Of a DNA stretch of 59,737 nucleotides, positions 41,422 to 49,695 are shown piece after piece. Position numbers and translations under genes: made by a program. The stretch covers positions 1 through 59,737 of IMG/VR virus record IMGVR_UViG_3300025889_000127; one strand, 5' to 3'. The stretch's first letter is position 1. Each line of letters starts with the position of its first letter. This DNA is from a virus (lineage: Duplodnaviria; Caudoviricetes). Below the pieces are notes generated by a model that had not been told where the DNA came from, made no database searches, and saw only the letters and a program-made list of their open reading frames with translations.

Positions 41422-41707
41422 CTTCTCCATATATTAGATTCTGATTTATTTCTATAAAGTCACCAACATCACCGCTCAGTTGTTTTGTGTGATCAAGAAG
41501 AGATTTCAGAGTCTGATCACCATAAAAGGTTTCCAGCCCATATACTCTTGTTAGATGCTCTTTGAATGAATCAACTGATTCGTAGAGGCTTGTCATATCC
41601 TCTGTTGTTAATCTTATAAACTTTATTAGGTTCCGACAATACCAGATAAGGGCAACATTCAGCAAACCTGAAACTATCAAAAGCGACGTGATCAGCACAT
41701 TATCCAT
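41411..41707 (-). CDS. Membrane-anchored hypothetical protein
   Basis: N-terminal hydrophobic helix VLITSLLIVSGLLNVALIWY. Confidence 0.7.
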   Translation of the reverse strand: MDNVLITSLLIVSGLLNVALIWYCRNLIKFIRLTTEDMTSLYESVDSFKEHLTRVYGLETFYGDQTLKSLLDHTKQLSGDVGDFIEINQNLIYGEDDA

Positions 41708-41969
41708 CCTTCTTTCTCTCTTTTGATAAAGCTTTCTTGGTTTTCTCTAGTTCTTGCCTGCCCTCATCGATTGCCTTATTCACTTCGTATCCAACCTTAT
41801 TTTTAGCTGTAGAGTTGGATGACTTTACAGAAATATTTATCTTGTTCCCAAGATGTCTTTGTATGGAGTCTGATCCGCAATATAAACAGACAATACCTTT
41901 TTCACCATAACTGTGGCGAAGTTCAAATTCTTTTTCGCACTCACCGCAGATATAGTGATAAAGAGGCAT
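41700..41969 (-). CDS. FmdB-family zinc-ribbon protein
   Basis: MPLYHYICGECEKEFE...CLYCGS. Confidence 0.85.
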   Translation of the reverse strand: MPLYHYICGECEKEFELRHSYGEKGIVCLYCGSDSIQRHLGNKINISVKSSNSTAKNKVGYEVNKAIDEGRQELEKTKKALSKERKKDG

Positions 41970-42167
41970 TTATTCTACTTCGAACTTATTCTTTGTTACT
42001 TCTTGTTCCGCATTAGCAGACACAGTTGGGGCGTTCAAAACGTAAACTAGATCATTCTCTACACTAAGGTCCCAGTCAGCCAATAGTTCTGTAATATCTA
42101 CTTGTTCTGCTAGGCACTTTTGAAGTGTCATCAAGAGAGCGCCTACTGCTTGTTGTGATAATTTCAT
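41970..42167 (-). CDS. Hypothetical protein (65 aa)
   Basis: ORF track; SD GAGGAG upstream; abuts the next gene. Confidence 0.7.
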   Translation of the reverse strand: MKLSQQAVGALLMTLQKCLAEQVDITELLADWDLSVENDLVYVLNAPTVSANAEQEVTKNKFEVE

Positions 42168-42191
42168 TTACTTTCTCCTCTTTATGTTTTT

Positions 42192-42220
42192 ATTATATTC
42201 AAATATCAAAATAATGTTTA
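42192..42220 (-). promoter_or_regulatory. Sigma70-like promoter upstream of the operon that includes the late sigma factor
   Basis: Minus strand TAAACA (42215-42220), 17-nt spacer, TATAAT (42192-42197). Confidence 0.5.
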
Positions 42221-42223
42221 GTT

Positions 42224-42886
42224 TTATCTATTGTCTTTGCGATTGCCGAGATGAAATGCTGTAGCTTTTGGATTGAACGAGATAGGGAAACCACAATCCC
42301 GAATAGCCATACTCCACATAACATCTGGGCAAAGTTGGAATAAACCAAATGGTTCAATCTTTTCTAAAACCTCCCTATGAACAACACATATTCCCACATA
42401 TGCTGTGTTTGATTGTTCTACTTCCCCTGTATCTACGTCATATTCAAGACCTCTATGGGGCAAGCCTCTGATAGGATCTGGGAACTGCATCCAGTCTTCA
42501 CCGTGCTCGTGCCTTTTACCTTCTTCATCTACCAGTCTAAAACCATACTGACCTGGCTCTTTGTCTTGTAGGAATGTTGTCATCTCTGGCAACCAGTTAT
42601 CTTGGGGCAGGATATCATCTGCCAAGAGAGCAATCCATTCCTCATTCCTGGTTGCGATTCCCTGACGCCATTTTCGTGACATATCTCTTTCCCAAGCAGT
42701 ATACTCAGAAAAGGTTCCCCCTAGCTCACCTACTAGACTTTTCATCTCTTCATCGTGGCTCGATACTAAAGTATAGTTTCCTCCAGAGATTTCCACACAG
42801 GTTGGGATGATCTTATTTAGGAGGACATCTTTTCTTTTAGTGTTGGCACTGCTGATCTGAACGATTCCTAAATCTAAGGTAGTCAT
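42224..42886 (-). CDS. Glycosyltransferase family 2-like (GT-A fold)
   Basis: GIA....EWIALLADDILP..NWL, G.C.V.HREV.EKI..F, PDV.WS..IRD.G, AFH. Confidence 0.75.
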   Translation of the reverse strand: MTTLDLGIVQISSANTKRKDVLLNKIIPTCVEISGGNYTLVSSHDEEMKSLVGELGGTFSEYTAWERDMSRKWRQGIATRNEEWIALLADDILPQDNWLPEMTTFLQDKEPGQYGFRLVDEEGKRHEHGEDWMQFPDPIRGLPHRGLEYDVDTGEVEQSNTAYVGICVVHREVLEKIEPFGLFQLCPDVMWSMAIRDCGFPISFNPKATAFHLGNRKDNR

Positions 42887-44226
42887 TTATTGTTCTCCGA
42901 CATCTCACCAATGTGGCTTCCTATATTCATCATAACGGTCGTATGTTGAATAGCTTGCATAGTTTGTTTTTCTAGATCTTCTGTAGTAACACTTGAGTCA
43001 CTCCCGACACTAAGGGCAGAATCTTTTATCTTTTGAAAAGTTGATTCCCTTGTGAACGTTGATCTGATGTGTTTGCCTAGGATCTCTGCATCATTTGTGT
43101 AAACCCTTCTTGAACTTACCAAGGTCCTTAGGCTCTTACGGAAAGACTTCATATCTGGATATGCCCATTTTGCGTCCTTGTTGATGAGACCAGGCATAAT
43201 ATGATACTCTTTGACCTTATCGATAAGGTATGGAACTTTCAAAAATAGATTCTTTGTTTTTACCTTTTTACTTACTTCATTTTCGACGGGAGCAGATAAA
43301 AAGTCTAGATGACCAGACCAGGCAGTTGCAATGACAGGAATATCAGAACAGACCGCATTGAAGATTGGAATACCAAATCCTTCGCCGTGAGTCGTAGAGA
43401 TGTAGCCGTTGATAACCTCTTTGTCATAAAGAGAAGCTATCTCTGCCTCAGACATATTACCGTGTAATAGATATACTTTACACTTTCTATCTTTTGTCAC
43501 AGAGTTCAAGAACCCTTTGATATTCATCATCGCTTCGTTACGGTCAATGTTACTGTTGTTTTGAATATGGCTTTTTAGAACTAGACCAACATTGGGATCA
43601 TCTTTGAACTCTAAGACAAAGTTTGACAGCATCTCGTACAGATTTTTTCTTGGAGCGATTTGAGAAACACACAAGAAGTTTGTATCGGTTGTTAGCTCCT
43701 CGTAGCCGACAAATTTTTCTCTGTCTTCAATAGCTGGCAAACTGTTGTAAAACGGAATAACACTCACAGGGGTTGTGATCTTTTCACCGTTGGCACCCAC
43801 AGTATTTTCGAGATTCTTCTTAGCGTGCTCAGAAACCACTAGAATCTGCTGCATAGAGTTGCACTTGTCGATCCACTCAACAGGAGCAGCAGTTGTTTCC
43901 AATGCAGCAGTCACCCCGATATCATAGTTGGTAACCTTTTCGAACTCGTTTGGAGGGCGAACCTGATAACAACAGTCAAAGCCGTCACCCATTGCAGTAT
44001 TTGTTGAGTGCAGGTAACGCAGATAAACCTGAGACCTTTGTAGACACTCTTCATACTTCTTCTCGTAGACTCTGCTGCGAGTTGCATTAGCCCACTGAAG
44101 ATCTATGATATAGGTTTCGAAGTTATCATCTTCTAGGAAGGCATCTGCAAACATTCTTGCGTGCTCTGCATAGCCGCTAATGTTACAGACAGGACCCATT
44201 ATAAGTATTTTCTTTTTTGCCGTCAT
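42883..44226 (-). CDS. Glycosyltransferase family 4 (GT-B fold)
   Basis: SGYAEHAR, APRKN, HGEGFGIPIFNA....PVIAT.WSGH.DF. Start ATG 44226 (ATGA overlap). Confidence 0.9.
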   Translation of the reverse strand: MTAKKKILIMGPVCNISGYAEHARMFADAFLEDDNFETYIIDLQWANATRSRVYEKKYEECLQRSQVYLRYLHSTNTAMGDGFDCCYQVRPPNEFEKVTNYDIGVTAALETTAAPVEWIDKCNSMQQILVVSEHAKKNLENTVGANGEKITTPVSVIPFYNSLPAIEDREKFVGYEELTTDTNFLCVSQIAPRKNLYEMLSNFVLEFKDDPNVGLVLKSHIQNNSNIDRNEAMMNIKGFLNSVTKDRKCKVYLLHGNMSEAEIASLYDKEVINGYISTTHGEGFGIPIFNAVCSDIPVIATAWSGHLDFLSAPVENEVSKKVKTKNLFLKVPYLIDKVKEYHIMPGLINKDAKWAYPDMKSFRKSLRTLVSSRRVYTNDAEILGKHIRSTFTRESTFQKIKDSALSVGSDSSVTTEDLEKQTMQAIQHTTVMMNIGSHIGEMSENNK

Positions 44227-45473
44227 AATTGCACCATTTTCCAAGCTTGATATTCTTTACGTTCTTCCCACGATCCGTACTTTTGGTGAATCTCTTCAAG
44301 CAGATTTACCCAAGTGGATTGGTAGTCCTCAAAGTTGTAGTTCTTGAGAACGTGTTCACGACCTTTTCTGCCTAGCTCTGCAAGCTCTTCTTTTGGCATT
44401 GCGTAGATCTTGTTAAGAGCATCGATGAAATCTTCCTTTGAGATTCGATCTTCATAGATGTAGGGAACTTGCTGCGAACCGATAAGGGCTCTTGAAGAAG
44501 GTTCAATACCAATACCGAACCAGTTCTCTCCATCTGTCACCTGCTCCTGCAAGCCGCCAGTCATCGTTACAATGATTGGAGTCTCCGTTGATAGTGACTC
44601 AAGAGTTGCGAGTCCAAAACCTTCTGCATCTGAAATGTTGATTGTGCAATCAGCTAAGTTGTAAAGGTTCGCCAACTCTTCAGCGGGAAGCTTATTTTTT
44701 GAGAAAACGATCTCACCATTTGTCATTCCGAAAGTCTCTGCGAGATACTCAAGGGGCTGACCGTGTTTATCGCTCGTATCAGTGTGCATCAAGAGGCAGA
44801 CTTTCGTGCTGTCAATGTGATCTTGTTTGATAAACTCTGAGAACCAATGAATCAAGCTTCCTGATTGCTTCCTTCTGGCGTTCCTATTGTTCCAAAAGAA
44901 GATGAACTTATCTTTGAGCATTGGATTATTGTTTAATAGCTTTTGTTTATCTGAGCCACTGACCTTGCCAAAGATATTCATTGGCACGGCGTGTGGAACA
45001 TAAACTTCGTGAACATCAGGCGAAACATTCTGAACAATGTCGCTTGTTACTTTTGAGATTGTAGCAATGACATCATTCGAATCATACAGTTTCTTATTAT
45101 ACTGAGGATATGGATAGTTATCCCAGACGTGATAGTAGATCATAGGAATGTTTGGTCGGATATCGTCCTCAAACATCCATAACCATTCATAATATCTTGG
45201 ATCCGTCATAAACCAGAGCATATCTGGCTTATATTGCGAGATAACTGCAAGAATCTTCTGTTTATCACCGTAGCCATCTACTGGCATTATTCGCCAGTCA
45301 TCAGTGACCTTCATCGTGTTATAGTTTGGATGTTTAATCGCTCCACCGATAGAGAACACCTCAAACTTGCCACTGTCTACTATGGCTTCAATCATATATT
45401 TTGTTTGTAATCCCACCCCAGAGGACAGGAGCGGGTGGTCGCTTATTGTTAGTACTTTGATTTTATTAGACAT
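44223..45473 (-). CDS. Glycosyltransferase family 4 (GT-B fold)
   Basis: SDHP..SSGVG, NRNARRK, AEGFGLATLES...TPII...TGGL.EQ. Start ATG 45473 with SD GGAG. Confidence 0.9.
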   Translation of the reverse strand: MSNKIKVLTISDHPLLSSGVGLQTKYMIEAIVDSGKFEVFSIGGAIKHPNYNTMKVTDDWRIMPVDGYGDKQKILAVISQYKPDMLWFMTDPRYYEWLWMFEDDIRPNIPMIYYHVWDNYPYPQYNKKLYDSNDVIATISKVTSDIVQNVSPDVHEVYVPHAVPMNIFGKVSGSDKQKLLNNNPMLKDKFIFFWNNRNARRKQSGSLIHWFSEFIKQDHIDSTKVCLLMHTDTSDKHGQPLEYLAETFGMTNGEIVFSKNKLPAEELANLYNLADCTINISDAEGFGLATLESLSTETPIIVTMTGGLQEQVTDGENWFGIGIEPSSRALIGSQQVPYIYEDRISKEDFIDALNKIYAMPKEELAELGRKGREHVLKNYNFEDYQSTWVNLLEEIHQKYGSWEERKEYQAWKMVQL

Positions 45474-45481
45474 TTTCTCCC

Positions 45482-46321
45482 CTATTTGCAATACTCCGTC
45501 CTATAAAACTCACAGGTGCCGAAGCGGTCTTTGCAGTCTACGCAAGCATTTCGGTTCTTGACGTAGTTTTCTTTGTTGATATTATGCAATGCTTTGGTCA
45601 GAGCGTTAAGGGCATCTGATGTTCTTTTCTTTGCTGCCGTCACTCTAACGAACTCTGCTTTCTTGCCGGCTTTTGCAGTCCTCTTCAACAAAACGAAGTG
45701 ACAGTCAATGTCTTTTGGCTCAACTTCATACTTCTGAGCATAGAAGTGTTTATAGAAAACTAGCTGATAGGCTAAGATTTTATCACTCTTCTTTTGTGGT
45801 TTCCATCCCCACGAGCAAGTTTTCCAATCAATCAGATGAACTTTCTTGTCTTTGTGAGAATACACAACAAGATCGATGAATCCTTTGAACTTCTTTTCTG
45901 CTTCCGTGAATTCTGTGATGGGCTCGTACAGTTGTTCTTCTGCTGCGAGGACTTCCCAATCCTTGCCTAACTTTCCGTACTTATCTGCAAGACAGCGGTA
46001 AAGGTCAGGAATGATTTCAATCCCATTTACAAGCCACTCTTTGAGCTTGAAGTTTGTTTTTGCATCGTTTTGGGCATCATCGGGCAGGGCGTTGAGTTCA
46101 GCAATAAACTGCTCCTTAACTAACGCCTCAATCTTACCAGGCTCTCTGTACTTTTCGGGAGAAGTCAAAGTATATTCACAAACAGTGTGAATTGCTTTTC
46201 CGAAAGCAGTGAAAATATTGCCCTCGAACTGAGTAACTTTATCAATGTAAGTTAGTTTGTGGTAGTAAGGGCAGATATGCCAGTTCTTCCACTCCGAATA
46301 GGAAATGTGTTTTCCAGCCAA
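45482..46321 (-). CDS. PD-(D/E)XK exonuclease, AddB/Cas4-like
   Basis: SYS......CP, G.AIH, GFIDLV, IDWKT, QL..Y, C-terminal CVDC...CEF....C (Fe-S staple-like). Confidence 0.88.
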   Translation of the reverse strand: MAGKHISYSEWKNWHICPYYHKLTYIDKVTQFEGNIFTAFGKAIHTVCEYTLTSPEKYREPGKIEALVKEQFIAELNALPDDAQNDAKTNFKLKEWLVNGIEIIPDLYRCLADKYGKLGKDWEVLAAEEQLYEPITEFTEAEKKFKGFIDLVVYSHKDKKVHLIDWKTCSWGWKPQKKSDKILAYQLVFYKHFYAQKYEVEPKDIDCHFVLLKRTAKAGKKAEFVRVTAAKKRTSDALNALTKALHNINKENYVKNRNACVDCKDRFGTCEFYRTEYCK

Positions 46322-46338
46322 TGTAACCTTCTTTCCAA

Positions 46339-46995
46339 CTACAAGTTGTGAAGTTCGTCGATCTTGTTATATAATACAGGACACAGCTTAAAAAGCAAGT
46401 CTTTTTTTCCTAAATAATATGCTTCAAAGCCAGTAGCAAAATATTCCCTCAAAGATACTGAGCCGTATGGTCTGACAAAATCATTAGCAGTTGCCATCCT
46501 GAGCATATTTGGTCCAACTCGATTATAAAGGAAGTTGTCCATTTCTCTGTTGTACTGAACATCAGAAAAGTTATACTCATCAGTCCAGTAACCTTCTGCT
46601 TTGAGTTCACTCTCTAAGCGCTTTCTTTTTGATAGAAACTCTTTTTTAATATCTCCGTCGGAATAGATCAAGTCGCTATTGGTTGTTTCTATATGGTGAG
46701 CCATTTCGTGAACCAAGTCATCAAGCAAATCTTCTAGACCGTCTTGTTGGTCCGACAAATAAAGCCAGTCATCTTTATAAAGAGCCGAAATATTTCGATC
46801 ATCAAACTCTTTCCTGTGAGCAATCTCAACTCCTTTTAGGTCCCTAAAAAAATGGGAAGGAAAAGACTTTTCAAGAGTCTTGAAGATTGGAGAGTAGTCA
46901 GTCGAGTTATTCTCAGTATCCTGATAAACCGCTATGTCTCCAAACTTGAAGTGTCGGGTTGTATTTTTGATCTTTTCTTCGATGTATTCTCTCAC
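46339..46995 (-). CDS. Zincin metallopeptidase-like protein (HEXXH, anthrax lethal factor-like arrangement)
   Basis: LVHEMAHHIE; downstream Y...S.REYFATGFEAYY. The start may be a few codons in (alternative start codon). Confidence 0.75.
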   Translation of the reverse strand: MREYIEEKIKNTTRHFKFGDIAVYQDTENNSTDYSPIFKTLEKSFPSHFFRDLKGVEIAHRKEFDDRNISALYKDDWLYLSDQQDGLEDLLDDLVHEMAHHIETTNSDLIYSDGDIKKEFLSKRKRLESELKAEGYWTDEYNFSDVQYNREMDNFLYNRVGPNMLRMATANDFVRPYGSVSLREYFATGFEAYYLGKKDLLFKLCPVLYNKIDELHNL

Positions 46996-48296
46996 AAAAT
47001 CTCCGATGCTAGAGTTGCTAGTTCTGATCTTTCACCCTTGGTTAGAGTAACGTGACCAGCTATGCCATACTCCTTGAACTTTTCTACAGCGTGTGTGAGA
47101 CCATTAGATACAGAATCAACATAAGAGTTGTCAATCTGTTGGATGTCGCCAGTAAGAACTAGTTTAGATCCGTGCCCCACTCTTGTTATTATAGTCTTTA
47201 ATTCGTGCGCTGTTAAGTTCTGTGCTTCATCGACAATCATAAAAGCATTAGCTATTGATCTACCACGAATATAGGTCATAGCTTCAATCTCAATAGTCCC
47301 TTGTTCAACTTGCATATCCAAAGCTGTACGGTCTCCGAACAAGTGCTCAAGGTTATCACGTATTGGAGCAATCCAGGGAAGCATCTTCTCTTCTAAGGTT
47401 CCTGGCAAGAATCCAATATCTCTACCCATTGGCTGGACTGGTCGAGTAATAATCAGCTTATCATACCCACCGCTAGCTGATGTTGTGTTTATAACCTGCT
47501 CCAAAGCGCAAGCAGTAGCCAACAATGTTTTACCAGTTCCAGCAGGACCAGTCAAGGACATCATATGTATATCCCTATCAAACAAAAGATCCATAGCATA
47601 TTGTTGTTCTTTATTTCTTGCTGATAATCCCCATATGTGTTTGTATTTGTTCACCTTCTTCAAGGGAGTATTGTAATCAGTGAACCTACAGATGGCTGAT
47701 TTGTTTGTTGCTTCATTCTTCAAAAGTAGGAACTGGTTTGGGTAAAGTTTTACTTTCTGTTCTTCCAAACAAAACGGCTCACCACTGTAAAAGCGGTCAA
47801 TAACACTAAAGTCTACTTCTAGTTCTTGTGTTCCTTCGAAAAGGCTGTCTACTGATTTGATGACCTTTTGAGGCTGATAGTCATTGCAAGCAATGCCGTG
47901 AGCATCACATTTCACTCTCATATTAAGATCTCTTGAGACGACCTCTACGTCGTGACCCTTTTTGATTAGTCTGAGAGCTATTGCAATGATCTTATTGTCT
48001 GAGTCATCAGTTTTCATTCCTGGTGGCATAAACTCTTCGTCGAAATGGGCAGCAAACACTTTGCCCTTTCCTCGACCAAGTGGAACACCACCCATCAAAC
48101 TGCCTTTAGTTCTGAGTGCATCTAGAATGCGGTTCATCGCTCTAGCGTTCAAGCCGGCTGTATCTTGCCTGTGTTTATGCTTGTCAATCTCATCTAACAC
48201 TATGGTTGGGATTGCGATATTGTTCTTGCCGAACGATAAAATAGAACTAACTTCTGTAAGGTATACATTAGTATCTAAGATAATAGTTTTCTTCAT
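46992..48296 (-). CDS. phoH: PIN-domain PhoH-family ATPase (PhoH2/YlaK type)
   Basis: PIN LDTNV..., V.DE.D, DNKII, SRD.N.R; Walker A GPAGTGKT; IGFLPG..EEK..PW; RGRS; DEAQN; GDI.QID. Confidence 0.95.
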   Translation of the reverse strand: MKKTIILDTNVYLTEVSSILSFGKNNIAIPTIVLDEIDKHKHRQDTAGLNARAMNRILDALRTKGSLMGGVPLGRGKGKVFAAHFDEEFMPPGMKTDDSDNKIIAIALRLIKKGHDVEVVSRDLNMRVKCDAHGIACNDYQPQKVIKSVDSLFEGTQELEVDFSVIDRFYSGEPFCLEEQKVKLYPNQFLLLKNEATNKSAICRFTDYNTPLKKVNKYKHIWGLSARNKEQQYAMDLLFDRDIHMMSLTGPAGTGKTLLATACALEQVINTTSASGGYDKLIITRPVQPMGRDIGFLPGTLEEKMLPWIAPIRDNLEHLFGDRTALDMQVEQGTIEIEAMTYIRGRSIANAFMIVDEAQNLTAHELKTIITRVGHGSKLVLTGDIQQIDNSYVDSVSNGLTHAVEKFKEYGIAGHVTLTKGERSELATLASEIL

Positions 48297-48318
48297 ACTT
48301 TCACCAATTTGGTATGTT

Positions 48319-48326
48319 TAAATAAC
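48319..48326 (-). promoter_or_regulatory. Putative late promoter variant GTTATTTA upstream of phoH
   Basis: Degenerate copy of the recurrent motif, immediately downstream of the tmRNA terminator. Confidence 0.35.
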
Positions 48327-48353
48327 TAGTTCTGAGGCGTTACTTAAAGTAAT

Positions 48354-48376
48354 AAAAAAGCCGCCCGAAGGCGGCT
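48354..48376 (-). terminator. Rho-independent terminator after tmRNA
   Basis: Minus strand AGCCGCC-TTCG-GGCGGCT followed by a T-run (UUCG tetraloop). Confidence 0.9.
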
Positions 48377-48699
48377 GGTGGAGGTAGGGAGAATCGAACT
48401 CCCGTCTTGCCTAGTTTCATAAAAGGGTCGTTCACAAGGTTAGGTCTGTTTTTATCGTCAGACAGCCCACTTGACTAGATCATTTTGTTTACGGCGAAAA
48501 TAATCAAAAGCTCTTAGAAAATCAAATACGGCTTTCTGTTTTTTGGCTGCCGTCGCCTCAAGTCAAGCCAGGTTATTAAGCTGCTTGTGCTAGTTGAAAA
48601 TCGTCGTTAGCGATTATTAGATAAGCGTTTTTAGTGAGCCACGCTTCCCTCACCCTTGCACCGTTTTTACTTCCCCATCAATCGATACCGTTTACCCCC
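48376..48699 (-). ncRNA. ssrA: tmRNA (324 nt, one-piece), tag (A)ANDDFQLAQAA
   Basis: 5' GGGGGTA pairs with 3' TACCTCC-A-CCA with a G3-U70 wobble. T-arm GGGAG-TTCGATT-CTCCC. 5' GGTATCGA element. Tag ORF at 48611-48579 (GCT AAC GAC GAT TTT CAA CTA GCA CAA GCA GCT) followed by TAA TAA and preceded by AATAATC. Confidence 0.96.
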
Positions 48700-48708
48700 A
48701 TTGGTTAT

Positions 48709-48737
48709 ACTATATAACAACACGTAACACTTGTCAA
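48709..48737 (-). promoter_or_regulatory. Sigma70 promoter of tmRNA
   Basis: TTGACA (48732-48737), 17-nt spacer, TATAGT (48709-48714), 9 nt upstream of the mature 5' end. Confidence 0.85.
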
Positions 48738-48761
48738 TTTATTCATAACTATTATCATAAA

Positions 48762-48850
48762 AGCTGTTAATAGCTGTTAAGTGCTAGAAAAGCTAAGAAA
48801 AAGTAATAAAAGTAAGAAAAAGGTTTTTTATTAGCTGTTAAAGCTGTTAA
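48762..48850. repeat. Two tandem pairs of AGCTGTTAA flanking an A-rich AAAAG(C/T)-type repeat tract
   Basis: AGCTGTTAA at 48762, 48772, 48833 and 48842; between them gaaaagctaagaaaaagtaataaaagtaagaaaaagg. Confidence 0.85.
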
Positions 48851-48853
48851 GCC

Positions 48854-48881
48854 ATTATACAGGGAGAGCAAGAGGCGTAAA
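48854..48881 (-). promoter_or_regulatory. Second sigma70-like promoter firing into the repeat tract
   Basis: TTTACG (48876-48881), 16-nt spacer, TATAAT (48854-48859). Confidence 0.5.
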
Positions 48882-48899
48882 GGGTAAAAATGGATTTTT

Positions 48900-49685
48900 T
48901 TACAAGTCTAGACCGAGATCTGGAGTTTCTTCTTCGTTATCAACTGCTTGTACTGAATCTTTTTCTTCTTCGTACTCTGGAGTTGTTACATCTGGAAGTG
49001 TTGTAGCCAAATCTGCTTCGAACTTATCGAAGTACAAGAGCAAGTTGGTGACCAAATAATCATAGAACATATCTCTATCTTGGTCGTCTGCTAGCATATC
49101 ATAAGCATCTACAACTTGTTTCTCTACTCTTTTGAATGTTTCTGCCGCAAAGTTACGACCTGTTTCATTCTGATCTTCTATTGATACGAAATCGTCTTTG
49201 TCTTCTTCTTTCTCAATATCAATAAACTCATCTGCTGATTCAGGAGCATCAACATTTAGCTCATCAACATCCATATCAATAGTGACTTTCTCTGTCAACA
49301 CGTCAGCATCGATTTCAAACACAATATTTTCACCCACCTCTTCAGCTTGAGCAGTTACCTCGATGGGTCTTAGAGAGTTCTTGACAGCGTGTACAAGATG
49401 GTTTCTAAAGGAATCTCTTTGTTCCTTTGAAGTTGTGAGCATCATATAGTCATCTTGAATAGTTGGAATGATGTTCTTCAGCAAATCAGCTAGAACGTTG
49501 ATACCAGTGTAGGTGCTTGGCTCTTCAGTTCCTGTCTCAGCTTCAGAGATAAGGATTTGACGGATGGAAGCTCTGAGCTTGGCTTCGTTCTTAGCTATCT
49601 CAGTAATTCTAGTTTGTAGGCGCTCACGAACATACTCTCTGATGAGTTGTTCAGCGATAATGGTTTTACGGTCAAGAATAGTCAT
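48900..49685 (-). CDS. Acidic hypothetical protein, putative head-associated
   Basis: Start probably ATG 49685 (MTILDRK). Leader-like EQLIREYVRE and LRASIRQILISE segments; D/E-rich. Confidence 0.7.
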   Translation of the reverse strand: MTILDRKTIIAEQLIREYVRERLQTRITEIAKNEAKLRASIRQILISEAETGTEEPSTYTGINVLADLLKNIIPTIQDDYMMLTTSKEQRDSFRNHLVHAVKNSLRPIEVTAQAEEVGENIVFEIDADVLTEKVTIDMDVDELNVDAPESADEFIDIEKEEDKDDFVSIEDQNETGRNFAAETFKRVEKQVVDAYDMLADDQDRDMFYDYLVTNLLLYFDKFEADLATTLPDVTTPEYEEEKDSVQAVDNEEETPDLGLDL

Positions 49686-49695
49686 AGTCTTATAA

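Noticed and set aside
48376-48410. tRNA-like T-arm and CCA end
   Set aside because: There is no anticodon arm. The acceptor partner lies ~320 nt away with a tag ORF in between, so this is tmRNA, not tRNA.
48762-48850. Possible mini-CRISPR array, given the Cas4-like nuclease nearby
   Set aside because: Repeats are 9 nt with 0-1 nt gaps, not 25-40 nt with spacers. The nuclease is a common stand-alone phage type and no other cas genes are present.
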